64,000 bases of DNA. Source: Eledone cirrhosa. Its lineage: Eukaryota. Position numbers and translations under genes: made by a program. Each line of letters opens with the position of its first letter. Within the stretch, counting starts at the first letter, position 1. The notes below the pieces were generated by a model. The model worked only from the letters and a program-made list of their open reading frames with translations. It searched no databases and was not told the origin of the DNA. Positions 53,174-64,000 of this stretch are shown piece by piece. The DNA lies in contig OZ024745.1 in NCBI GenBank assembly GCA_964016885.1, forward strand, positions 82,398,001 through 82,462,000, given 5' to 3'.

Positions 53174-53179
<6 letters not shown>
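52907..53179. mobile_element. MITE-like fold-back: ~110-bp inverted repeats enclosing a tRNA-like unit
   Basis: 52907-53018 is an imperfect reverse complement of 53071-53179. Confidence 0.75.
53012..53077 (+). tRNA. tRNA-like sequence/pseudogene (anticodon loop CCGGCAA, nominal GGC)
   Basis: D arm GTGT/ACAC with AATGGTA loop; anticodon stem CTGGT/ACCAG; T arm GTGGG-TTTGAGT-CCCAT. Acceptor spacing is irregular. Confidence 0.5.
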
Positions 53180-53240
<61 letters not shown>

Positions 53241-53242
<2 letters not shown>

Positions 53243-56200
53243 ATAACAACATATCGTTAAAGGTAATCCAGTTAGAGGTTGTGAATACTTCTTATTATGG
53301 ATGAGTTTTAGCGTACGGCGTTGCTTGATTCAACGAGGTTTACGTAGATGACGAGTTTATGATTTCACTTGTATTCCTATATAAGTTTGACTTGGAGTAA
53401 TACAATTGAAAAAGTGGAGAATAACATGGTCAATAGTACAAAAAAGGGGATTTATTTGCAGTCTAACAATTGCTTCACTGATAGAGTTGTCTAAAAATTG
53501 CTAAACACTAAAAGCAGTGCCACTCAATTTTAAATACGATGTTAGCTCCATCAGATCTTCGGAAACTGTTAAAAAAATATATATATGTAACCGGCAAATT
53601 TACAAATTCAAATTACATCATCAATAATAATATTAATAATAAAGATATAGAGAGAAAAGGAGGAAGAAAGGGAGATAGATACTGTAAAGAAAGAAAGGAA
53701 AGGAAGGGGAAAGAAGACGAAGAAGAAGGAAAAAGAAAAAGAAAAAGAAAAAGAAAAAGAAAAAGAAAAAGAAAAAGAAAAAGAAAAAGAAAAAGAAAAG
53801 GAGAAATTATTATAGATAGAAATATAAAAGAGAAATATATAGAAGATGATGGTAGATAGAGGAAAGACAAACATAAGTAGAAATAACGTAGGATAGAAAG
53901 AAGAGTAGAGTGACAAATAAATGAATAAACGTTAATACATGAATAAATGTAAATAAAAATAAAAATAGATATATAAATAATATATGAAAAAATATATTAA
54001 AAAATATATAAAAAATTGATAAATAAATAAATACATAAGTTATATCTAATGTGATATAAAATGGTATAACATGTGAAAAATGTATTGTCTATTTTAATAA
54101 ATAAATAAATTAATTAGTTTTAAGTTATAATATATGATAAAATAAAATGACAGAGATGAAATAAATTTAGGGATAGAAATATAAAGATAAAGAGTGAAAA
54201 ATAGAGATATATAAAATAAGAATGTAAATATAAGAGTTTTTGATATTGTTCTTTGATAGAAGATGACAATTATAATTATAATTATAATGATGATGATGTT
54301 GATAATGTGATATCATAATAGATCCAAGTGGTACAATCTGGGTTATGGAATAGATAAGATGGAATGAAGCTGGTCTAAAGTTCTAAAATTTAGTCACCGA
54401 TTTATGTCGACAAAAAATGTTTTTTTCAATTTTACTGTTAAGAAGAATTTTGTTGTAATTTAAAATTTGGAAAAGTTCCATATTACAGTGACCACAGTGG
54501 GACATACCAATTTGATAGGCCTTTGCTTATGATAGCTTTGTCCAGCTGATTTTATATTCCATGTTTGCATCTTTGAGTTGCCAGATTTTATTGGCGAGAG
54601 TCGTTGTCTTTGAGAGATTCCTATTAGTCATAGAGTGTCTATGTACGTACCACCTTTTCTTAAACTCCCCAACTGTGGAACCAATGTAATGCCATGCTAA
54701 GCTACCTGAATTTATAGTAAATAGGTATACTATATTGGTCTCTAGGAATCTATTTTGTCAGGTAGATGGCAAGTATTTGTCAGGTAGATGGCAGTTACAT
54801 TTAGATGCTTTTCTATGCGCCGGTTCTTCTATATGGTTTTGTAGGGTGCTATGTATGGGCTGAGAATTGGATTTGTTGATGTATGGTGGTGATGTGGTCT
54901 GACGTGTGCTTGGTTATGATGATGTTATATGCTTATGTTTTGTATTAGGTGTTATGGTACTTATTTGCAGGCCACTTGATTTATACATTCTTTTATAGTT
55001 AATTTTATGTATGTGCGATTCTATGTTGTTGGCAGTGGAGTATGATAGTTTGATAGTTTTTCTACTAAAGATTTTATGATATTTATTCATTTTAGGGAAA
55101 TGTTTGTTAACTAATTTGAAGAAAGTGTAAGGTAGCTTAGTTTTTATAGAGGAGTTAAACATTGGATTGAACCATAAGTAATTTCTATTTCTGCATCTTC
55201 TATAGTTATTAGTAGTCTTTGTATTAGTATTCTGTTCCTTTAATTTACGTGCTTGTTGCCAATTTTTATGTTTAGTCCTAGGTTTGTTGTTTCTATAGGT
55301 GTGGATGGTGCTATTAATATTAAGTGTTTTGTTATTTTTTGTATCTGGTATGTATTTGAGTCTTTCTTTATGGCCTGTCTTAAAGTAAAGCTATGTTGTA
55401 GTAGTTAGCGTGTTCATTAAAAATTTCTATGTTAGAAGATAGGCGCGAGATTCTAAGGGATATACTATGTGTTATGGAGTTAATTATGGATCGAGGGTGA
55501 TTAGAGTTATAAACAATGTAAGCTAAATTTTCATTATTTTATGGAAGAGTTCTAGTAGTCCTGTGTTAAGGTTGACCGATACATCTAAGAAGTTAGCCTT
55601 TTTAGAGTTGGGTTCAAAAGTGATGTTAAGGTTTAAATTATTAAAGAATTTTTTAATCTTTTTCCTTAATCTTTCTAAGTTTTGATTATTTAAGATTTTA
55701 GCTAAAAGTAGTGTATCGTCTCTATATATTTCTCCTTGTAGGTTATCAAATTCTCCATGTAAGAAATGTGCTATATAAATTCCAACAATGTCTGTAATTT
55801 GGGCTGAATCATTTGATCTCATAGTTATATCGAAGTTATTCTGTCTATATTTTCGCTCCCAGTAACTATTGTTGAATTTAATGATTGTTCTTCTAGCAGC
55901 TAGTATTATTTTAATTTCATCTGGTGAAAGGTCAGAGATTTTTTGTGCAAAGGATTATTTAGGGTAACTGGGGAAATAGAAGAGTAGTAGTAATTTATGT
56001 CAAATTGTATAAGGTCGGAAGATTCTCTATTGTCTAATTTATTAAACCAATCTATTGCTTCATTTGTGTTACCCCAGAGCTTGATTATTAGTTGTTCTTT
56101 AATTTGTGGTATTATTCTATCTAGTATAAACTTGTTAATTCTGCCTATATCTGATTTTGATGGACATATTAATCTAATAGTAGGGTTAGTTTCGAAGTTA

Positions 56201-58518
56201 CATTTATGATCCTTCAGATTAAAAGTGGGTGTACAAGGGGTTAGAGGTTCTGTTCTATCGGATATTTTAAGTTTGTTTACTATGTTAAGACCTTGCTTGT
56301 TAATGCTATTGAGTGTAGTCTCTGTAGTTTTCTTGTATTTTTTATGTAATTCCCGGCGTATGAAATTGTTGTATGTATTAAGGCTCATGGTATATCCATT
56401 TGATGTTTTGTCTGCCTTTACTATAATACCGTTGGTGCTACGTAATTTTTTTAGTAGTGCATTGACGTTATTTTGTAGTTTGTTATGATGCGTTCGTTTT
56501 TTAAATCTAATTTCTTTTATCATGTTCATGAGGTCAAGTTCAAAGGCATCAAGTTGTGGGTTGCTTGGTGGATTTTTGCAGGATGTAAACGCATATTTTT
56601 CACTGGTAGACCCATTATTTCTATCACTATTATAATGTCCTTTATCGTAATGATATGCTTTCCATATTATTCTACGGATAAAGTCATTAGTTCTTTGTAT
56701 CATACCGAGCATATATTCCTTATTTGTAGGTATAGGTATGTTTTTTAAGGACATTCCTATATAGTATTTTTCCTTGTTAGTGCCGTGCGTTAAATTGATT
56801 GCTCAACCCAATGGGAGCTTGGTATAAAGGATAACAAAATATCGTTATAGGTAATCCAATTAGAGGTTGTGAATACTTATTATTATGGAAAGTTTTAGCG
56901 TACGGCGTTGCTTGACTCAACAAGAGGTTTACGTAGATGACGAGTTTATGATTTCACTTGTATTCATTCCTATGTAAGTTTATCTTGGAGTAATACAATT
57001 GAAAAAGTGGATAATAAGATGGTCAACAGTACAAAAAAAAGGGATTTATTTGAAGTCTAACAATTGCTGAACACTAACAGCAGTGCCACTCAGTTTTAAA
57101 TACGATGTTAACTCTATTAGATCTTCGGAAACTGTTAAAAAAATATACATGTAACCGGCAAATTCACAAATTCAAATTACATCATCAATAATAATATTAA
57201 TAATAAAGATATAAAGAGAAAAGGAGGAAGAAAGGGAGATAGATACAGTAAAGAAAGAAGGGAAAGGAAGGATAAAGAAGAAGGAAAAACAAAAAGAGTA
57301 AGAAGAAGAAAAGGAGAAATTATTATAGATAGAAATATAGAGAGAAGAAGATATATAGAAGGTGATGGTAGATAGAGGAGAGACAAACAGGTAAAAATAA
57401 CGTAGGATAAAAAGAAGAATAGAGGGACAAATAAATGAATAAACGTTAATACATGAATAAATGTAAATAAAAATAAAAATAGATATATAAATAATATATG
57501 AAAAAATATATAAAAAAATATATAAGAAATTGATAAATAAATAAATAAATAATTAAGTTATATCTAATGTGATATAAAATGGTATAAAATGTGAAAAATG
57601 AATAAAAATAAATAGGTAAAAGGAGTAAAAAGAGTAAAATGTTGGAAGAATATTTAAATATTAAAATTATTGGTAATGGTTTTTGAGAATTGTTGAAATA
57701 TATGGAGAGATAATCAGGTGAAAATATGATAATGTTAAATATATCCATGTGTGTATTGATTATTTGAATAGATAAATAAATTAATTAGTTTTCAGTTATA
57801 ATATATGATAAAATAAAATGTCAGAGATGAAATAAATTTAGGGATAGAAATATAAAGATAAAGAGTGAAAAATAGAGATATATAAAATAAGAATGTAAAT
57901 ATAAGAGTTTTTGATATTGTTCTTTGATAGATGATGACAATTATAATTATAATTATAATGATGATGATGATGTTGATAATGTGATATCATAATAGGTCCA
58001 ATTGGTACAATCTGGGTTATGAAATAGATAAGATGAAATTAATCTGGTCTAAAGTTCTAAAATTTAGTCGCCGATTTATGTCGACAAAAAATGTTTTTTT
58101 CAATTTTACTGTTAAGAAGAATTTTGTTGTAATTTAAAATTTGGAAAAGTTCCATATTACAGTGACCACAGTGGGACATACCAATTTGATAGGCCTTTGC
58201 TTATGATAGCTTTGTCCAGCTGATTTTATATTCCATGTTTGCATCTTTGTGTTGCCAGATTTTATTGGCGAGAGTCGTTGTCTTTGAGACATTCCTGTTA
58301 GTCATAGAGTGTCTATGTGTCTATGTACGTACCACCTTTCCTTAAACTCCCCAGCTATGGAACCAATGTAATGCCATTCTAAGCTTCCTGAATTTATAGT
58401 ACATAGGTATACCATATTTGTCTCTAGGCATCTATTTTGTAAAGGGCATTTGTCAGGCAGATGGCAGTTACATTTAGATGCTTTTCTATGCGCAGGTTCA
58501 TCTATATGGTTTTGTAGG
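53241..58518 (-). mobile_element. Penelope-like element (Naiad-like) in partial tandem with ~1.6-1.7 kb pseudo-LTR repeats (53241-54845, 56829-58518)
   Basis: A direct repeat of the GIY-YIG region and 3'UTR lies upstream of the ORF; the terminus abuts (TA)n. Confidence 0.9.
54383..56754 (-). pseudogene. PLE RT + GIY-YIG ORF, frameshifted
   Basis: SLKNIPIP, KADKT, LKDHK.NF...PTIRLI.PSKSDIG, QFDI..YYSSI, IYRDD, FLDV, CNC-X5-C, HYIGST, CGHCNME, CRHK. Confidence 0.9.
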
Positions 58519-58592
58519 TTTATTAAGGTTTATTACATGATTTAACACTTCACTGCTCGCAAGTGTTTTTTAAGCTTCATATCCTGTCTCCC

Positions 58593-58663
58593 TATTTTAT
58601 CTGATGAGAACGAAAATATCATCCCATGATGATATTTGTTTTTGAAATGCGCATAATAAAATA
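58593..58663 (+). ncRNA. Minimal type I hammerhead ribozyme, intact core
   Basis: TATTTTAT-CTGATGA-long stem II (AAATATCATC/GATGATATTT)-GAAA-TGCGCA-TA-ATAAAATA; palindromic stem III ATGCGCAT; predicted cleavage after 58655. Confidence 0.88.
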
Positions 58664-58865
58664 CATGGAACTCTTTTAACCATCTTTTGATTTTATATAA
58701 TTTATACCCCAGTCCTATAAACTGTTGAGTGCTACTTATCCGATATTTGCATTGCTTTATCGTGCTACAATAAAACTCACCTCTTACATTAACTTGCTCA
58801 TTGACTGTTTGAGCGCTAACTCTTATATCGGATACCTTCGAAGGTCTCTAATTTTCTTCTATAAC

Positions 58866-61266
58866 ATGGAATATTACAACATCACAACTTCACTTAAAGA
58901 CATACCTATCCCTGGTAAATTCACTAAACTTCTGATTGAAAAAACTGAATCTTTTGTGAGAAGGCTTAGATGGATCGCTTTTTTCCACGACCAGCGCTTC
59001 GAAGGAAATTTTTATACTAAGGAACGTAACAATTTTGATTATTTATTTAACTCTAGAAGAAATCCTCCTTTCAATAAAAATCTAGCACAGTTTGAGGAAG
59101 AACTAACTAATATTATAAGAGGACTTAAATTCAAGAGAAACCCTTATAGAGGACAGGAGCACCTTATAAATCTCAGGAAAACGATTTCGGACCTTAATTC
59201 TTCTATAAAAGTCTTAGTCCATTCCGACAAAACTAATAATTTATATGGTGTATCTAAAGATAAATATAATAACCTTATCCTTAAGGAACTAAGGAAGAAT
59301 TAATTCAAAACTAACCATGAGAATCTGGAAGCTATAAACTTGGAAGCTTCTGAGATTATGTCTAAACTTGGCATCGAGAAAAAGACCGAACCATTCTTCC
59401 CAAGAACTCCAAGGATAAATCTTAAGGATCACAAAAGTAACTTTCGAACTGAACTCCCTGTTAGACTAATCGCCCCCTCTAAATCCGATCTGGGGGTTGT
59501 TAGTAAATCCATCTTGGATAGAATTATCCCACAGGTTCGTTCTAATTGCTCTATTTCTAACTTAAATTTATGGATTGGTACATCTGATGTAATTGACTGG
59601 TTCAATGACCTGAATAATAAAAACAAACAAAAATTTATTCAGTTTGACATTGCCAGTTACTATTCTTCTATTTCGCCTTCACTCCTCAACAACGCTCTCT
59701 CTTTTGCATTCAAATATTCTGACATCACCACAGATGAACTGTTCATCATTCTCACCGCAAGAAAAACTATCCTGGAATTCAACAACGAATATTGGACTAG
59801 AGCTGATACTTCCAACAACTTTGATATCACAATGGGTTTGTCGGATTCAGCGCAATTGACGGATGATTGGAATCTTTATTTTGAATTCTTTAAATCGGAA
59901 AATTCCCCAACTTCGCAGTGTAATTTATCGTGACGATGCCCTTTTTACTGTCTTAAACTGTAACTTAGTTAACCTTAATATTATTAAGAATAATATACTT
60001 GATCTATTTAAGCACCATAACATAAAAATTGAATTTGAAAACAACGTCAAACTAGCTAACTTTCTGGATATATCCCTTAATGTTGACACCGGCCTATATT
60101 ACCCTTACCATAAAGACAATGAGAATCTAAATTATGTTAATTTTAAATCTAACCACCCTATTAACGTTAAAAATGCTATAGTCAGTAATGTTGAAAAAAG
60201 AATCTCAAATCTATCTTCTAATAAACTTATCTTTGACGCTAAAGCCAATTATTACAACAATGCGCTTTCCAGAGCCGGTTATCCTGACAAAATTAAATAC
60301 AGTAAAGAAACCAATCATGGAGGAACTTATAGTAATATAGTTAGTTATAAGCATTCCAATAGCATAAAGAAAAGACCTAGATATAAAAATATGATTTGGT
60401 AAAGCGCTCCTTTTTCTCTATCTATTATTAGTAATATTCCTAAACTATTTTTTAGGGCCTTAGATAAATGCTTCCCTCCTTCACATATTTATAGTAAGAT
60501 CTTTCATAAGCATACAATTAAATTCTCTTATTCCACCACTTCCAACATCTCTAACATTATCTCAAAATATAATACTAAAATATTAAGTAATAAATCATAT
60601 CCATCCAACACTGAGCGTCATAATAATAACAATAGTAAGCCCGACGTCAATGTTAACTCTAGGCTAGATTCCGTAAATTTAAATACGATGTCAAACGTAA
60701 CTTTGTCGAATGTTTATAATACCAATCTAAATCAGGAAACTTTAGCACCTATCGTAAGTAACTTCTCCACATCAATTCCTTCTATAAATAATAATGTGTC
60801 ACTTGCTAATAACTCTAGTAATTTCTCTAATCGTAATTGCAATTGCCCTATTAGAACTAAATGTCCTCTTAGTAACCAATGTCTTGATAGAAATTTGGTG
60901 TATGAATGTAAGGTTATAACTGGTACTAATTCTTTTACCTATTTTGGTTCCACTTCCACTTCCTTTAAGGCAAGATTTTATAATCACAATTCTTCTTTTA
61001 AATACCAACTTAAAAGAACTAACACATCACTCTCAGAACTCATATGGTCCTTAAAGGACAAAAATATTAACTACAACATTTCTTGGAGAAAGGTTTGCAA
61101 CGCCATTCCTTACCTAAAATCTTCCCTATCCAGAACATGTAATCTCTGCTTAGCGGAGAAATTTACCATTATCTCTAATTTTAATTCTATAATAAATAGA
61201 CGTACGGATTTATTTTCGCTCTGCTTGCATAAATCCCAGAGAACTTTCCATAAAGTATACAGCTAA
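58866..61266 (+). pseudogene. PLE RT + GIY-YIG ORF with two stops (59303, 60402) and one frameshift (~59865)
   Basis: SLKDIPIP, HSDKT, LKDHK, QFDIASYYSSI, ITMG.SDSAQ, IYRDD, FLDI, SNHP, CNCPIRTKCPL..QC, LVY..TYFGST..FKARFYNH, CNLCLAEK, CLHK. Confidence 0.92.
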
Positions 61267-61763
61267 TATCTTACTACCTAATTAGTTTAAAATCTTTTTC
61301 TCTCAAACGCTTTTATATTTTTTACAAATATACCCATCTTTCTATCTTATTTCAGTATATTATATATTACTCATACTATGTCGTTAGCGGTCCCCTAATT
61401 TTCTTCTTTTTTAATTTCTAATCTTTAATCTGCAACTTTTACTTCTCAATTACTTCTTAATTCATCTTATAACTCACTATAGCATTTTCCTTATATTCTC
61501 GCCATACAAATTTTTATTTTTAATATATACTAATATTACCGTTAGAGAAATTTTGTAAACATATTTTTTTGACGTTATATATATTTTTTTCTTGAATTTT
61601 TTCTTTCTTCTCTCCTTCCATGCTCGTATTAAATCTATTATTTACTTTTTCCTATTACAATATATAGAAACAAACTTGGACCCTAATTAATTCCTCTAAG
61701 TTCATAATTCATTTAACCTTATCTTTATTCACCTTATATACTTAATATATATTATTTTAATAA

Positions 61764-61910
61764 TACGCATAGAGTTACGGCCCTTGCCATTCTGAGTTCA
61801 AATCCCGCCGAGATTAATTTTGCCTTTCATCCTTACGGGGTCGATAAAATAAAGTACCAGTAATAGACTGGGCAATTGCTGGCCTTGTGCCAAAAGTAGA
61901 AACAATTATT
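61764..61910 (+). mobile_element. 5'-truncated SINE inserted in the PLE 3'UTR
   Basis: Matches the main family; ATTATTTTAATAATAC is duplicated on both sides (TSD-like). Confidence 0.88.
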
Positions 61911-62688
61911 TTAATAATACATTTTAATAAATTCCTTTTCGCACATCTTATTAAACCCTTCAATATATAAACTTTAAATAAATAGTATTCTTAATTCCTT
62001 TTTCTTTAATCATAAGCATCACCATTCATAAACCTCATTAACTTTTAATTTCTTAAACATTTAAAAAAAATTATTTATTATGTTACAACGTTTTTTTTAA
62101 ATTTTCTCTGTGAGACAGTGTTTCTCAGTATTAAAGGTTATCGCTCTCTCCCTCTCACTCATTTTCTCCTCCTCTCTCATCCTTCCTTCTTATACTCCTC
62201 CTCCGTCATCCTTTCCTTATTATTATATTTTTTTCTTCTATCTATATTCTTTCTTCCTCTTCCTTACCTTTTCTTTCCCCCTTCCTTTCCTTTTTTCCAA
62301 TCTCATATATACATCTTATTTTATTTTTCATATGTTGATTTAACATTTAGGAGAGATGGTCATCATTTTAGAAGGTTGCGTGTTTTACGATTTAGAGGGG
62401 AGTTCGTTTCCCTAGCTTGGCTGCTAGACATCTCTTATATTTGCTGTTAGGTGTAGGTAAACAATTAAGCAAAAAGAACATACCTCGAGATTATATGTAC
62501 ATGAGCATTTTAATCAGAGCAATAAACAAAACAGGTTATCATATCAGTTGCTCCTTGATTGGTAATTCGTAATTATCATTTCGTGGCGGTGTTCAAATAT
62601 CCGGTGACCGCATGGTGTGATATCGCTGTTTCTCCATGCGTCAGCTCGCATCAACACACAAAGTTGAAAAGAGAGTGTATTCAGCTAC

Positions 62689-62713
62689 TGACGTCAGAAC
62701 GTGACGTCAGAAC
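62689..62713. promoter_or_regulatory. Two tandem palindromic CRE/ATF motifs (TGACGTCA) in a CpG-richer patch; candidate promoter
   Basis: TGACGTCA at 62689-62696 and 62702-62709; minus-strand donor GAG|GTATGT at 62484. Confidence 0.3.
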
Positions 62714-63599
62714 TAAGGGCAGTTAATCGACTGCCTCCAAAGTCAATGCTAGGTGGCGTGATCTTCTACATGGCCTCCCACCAGATTTTTAGAAGAGGAA
62801 ATAAAAATCGGTTCATCGGACCATGTATGTAGAAAAACGATGAGCAACTAGCAAAAAGCCCAAACCAAGGAGCAATCAGCTCAACTGAGCATGAAGGGCA
62901 CAACAAATTTCAAAAGAACATATGAAACAAGCATGCAAGAACGAGAAAGAAAAAAACTATAATAAAATCTAAATACAATTTTTAAAAGTTCAAATAGCTC
63001 AAATACAGGATTAAATACAGGATTAAATACAGGATTAAAGCGCCGCACAATAGCAGCTTAAAAATATACAGTACTACAGAGTGTTTTGGGCTAATGAACC
63101 CTCCAATGAACCAGATGATTGTTTATATATTGTCAAAGTTATTTCGTCACACATTCTGTGACCTCTTCAGTGACTGGGGATTATTTTCTTTGTTTTTGTG
63201 CCTCTCCTTTGTTCTGTCCTACGCCATCTTGTTTTTGTGTGTGTGTTGTGTGCTTAGTTTGTGCATGTGTTACATCCGGGTGTCTGTGTGTGTTTCACCC
63301 TAGCAAACTTGGTATATATATATATGCATATGTATATGTTTATATATGTTTCAACAGTTGAAAATTGCAAACTTGACTGTCACCACAGAATATGAACCTG
63401 AAGATTGCGAAAGCATGAAAGTACTTGTTCAATTAACACTTAACATTTAATATTCTACCATACTATTTCATTCTAATACCATTATACATTTTAAAGGATT
63501 GTAAATAAAACGAGTAAATTAGACAAAGTTGGAATTCCTTTATTTAATATAATCTTCTATACACAATCATACACACGCATGTATATTTCTCTCTCTCTC

Positions 63600-63637
<38 letters not shown>

Positions 63638-64000
63638 CACATTGCCAAGGGCCGGATACTGAACAGACTCTCTTAATACTGCTCGAATTGCATTCACAAA
63701 AACTTTGCAACTTTCAAATATCTTAAGCTAGTGTTGATGCCAGATGGCTAAAAAAACTTCCTATTTTAAAAAAGCCCACTCGACAAAATATCCCCTCCAC
63801 CTCCATCCCAACTTACCCCCGCACCCATCTCGACCTGCCTTACGCCACTATGGTTATGGAAGTACCTAATACCTATCTGCTTTTCCCACATGTTTAACGT
63901 ACTTCTTTGAATGCATGTATAAGTATGTGTATATATGTACGTGTGTATCGGTTTATGTATACGTATGTATATGATAATGTATGTGTATGTGTATGTTTTT

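Larger units (their letters stand above)
58519..62345 (+). mobile_element. Second Penelope-like (Naiad-like) family, near full length, diverging head-to-head from the previous element
   Basis: 5' hammerhead, ORF remnants 58866-61266, AT-rich 3'UTR. The 3' boundary is approximate. Confidence 0.88.

Noticed and set aside
54383-61266. Selenoprotein-type Naiad (UGA at conserved Cys)
   Set aside because: The conserved Cys positions I could read are TGT/TGC, and the in-frame stops in the plus-strand element are TAA.
62998-63040. Short 12-bp tandem repeat (AAATACAGGATT x3) as CRISPR-like or regulatory array
   Set aside because: No spacers; a simple minisatellite in eukaryotic DNA.

Overview
AT-rich, microsatellite-laden animal genomic DNA. 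The SINE family and repeat content suggest an octopus or other coleoid cephalopod (inference). The window is almost entirely retroelements. (1) 11.1-30.4 kb is a chain of (TAA)n-associated elements: Tx1-like L1-clade LINEs (APE+RT) on the minus strand, R4/Dong-like RLE LINEs on the plus strand, and tRNA-derived SINEs. A further Tx1-like copy occupies 1-4606. (2) Three families of Penelope-like elements (PLEs) with Naiad-like motifs and minimal hammerhead ribozymes, one forming a ~5 kb fold-back with ~2.2 kb arms (4954-9932). (3) RTE-type derivatives in a (TATG)n array, plus degenerate RTE, RLE and Tx1 fragments. (4) One convincing ~1 kb host exon (51674-52680, minus) of an unrecognised gene. 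Most notable: near-identical Tx1 ORF2 paired with strongly divergent 5'UTR/ORF1 modules; a GGTAAGT splice-donor motif overlapping the ORF1 stop; SINE/Tx1 3'-end similarity; a SINE insertion that folded back and copied its own flank; and a tRNA-like unit inside ~110-bp inverted repeats. All identities are estimated by eye; no searches were run.
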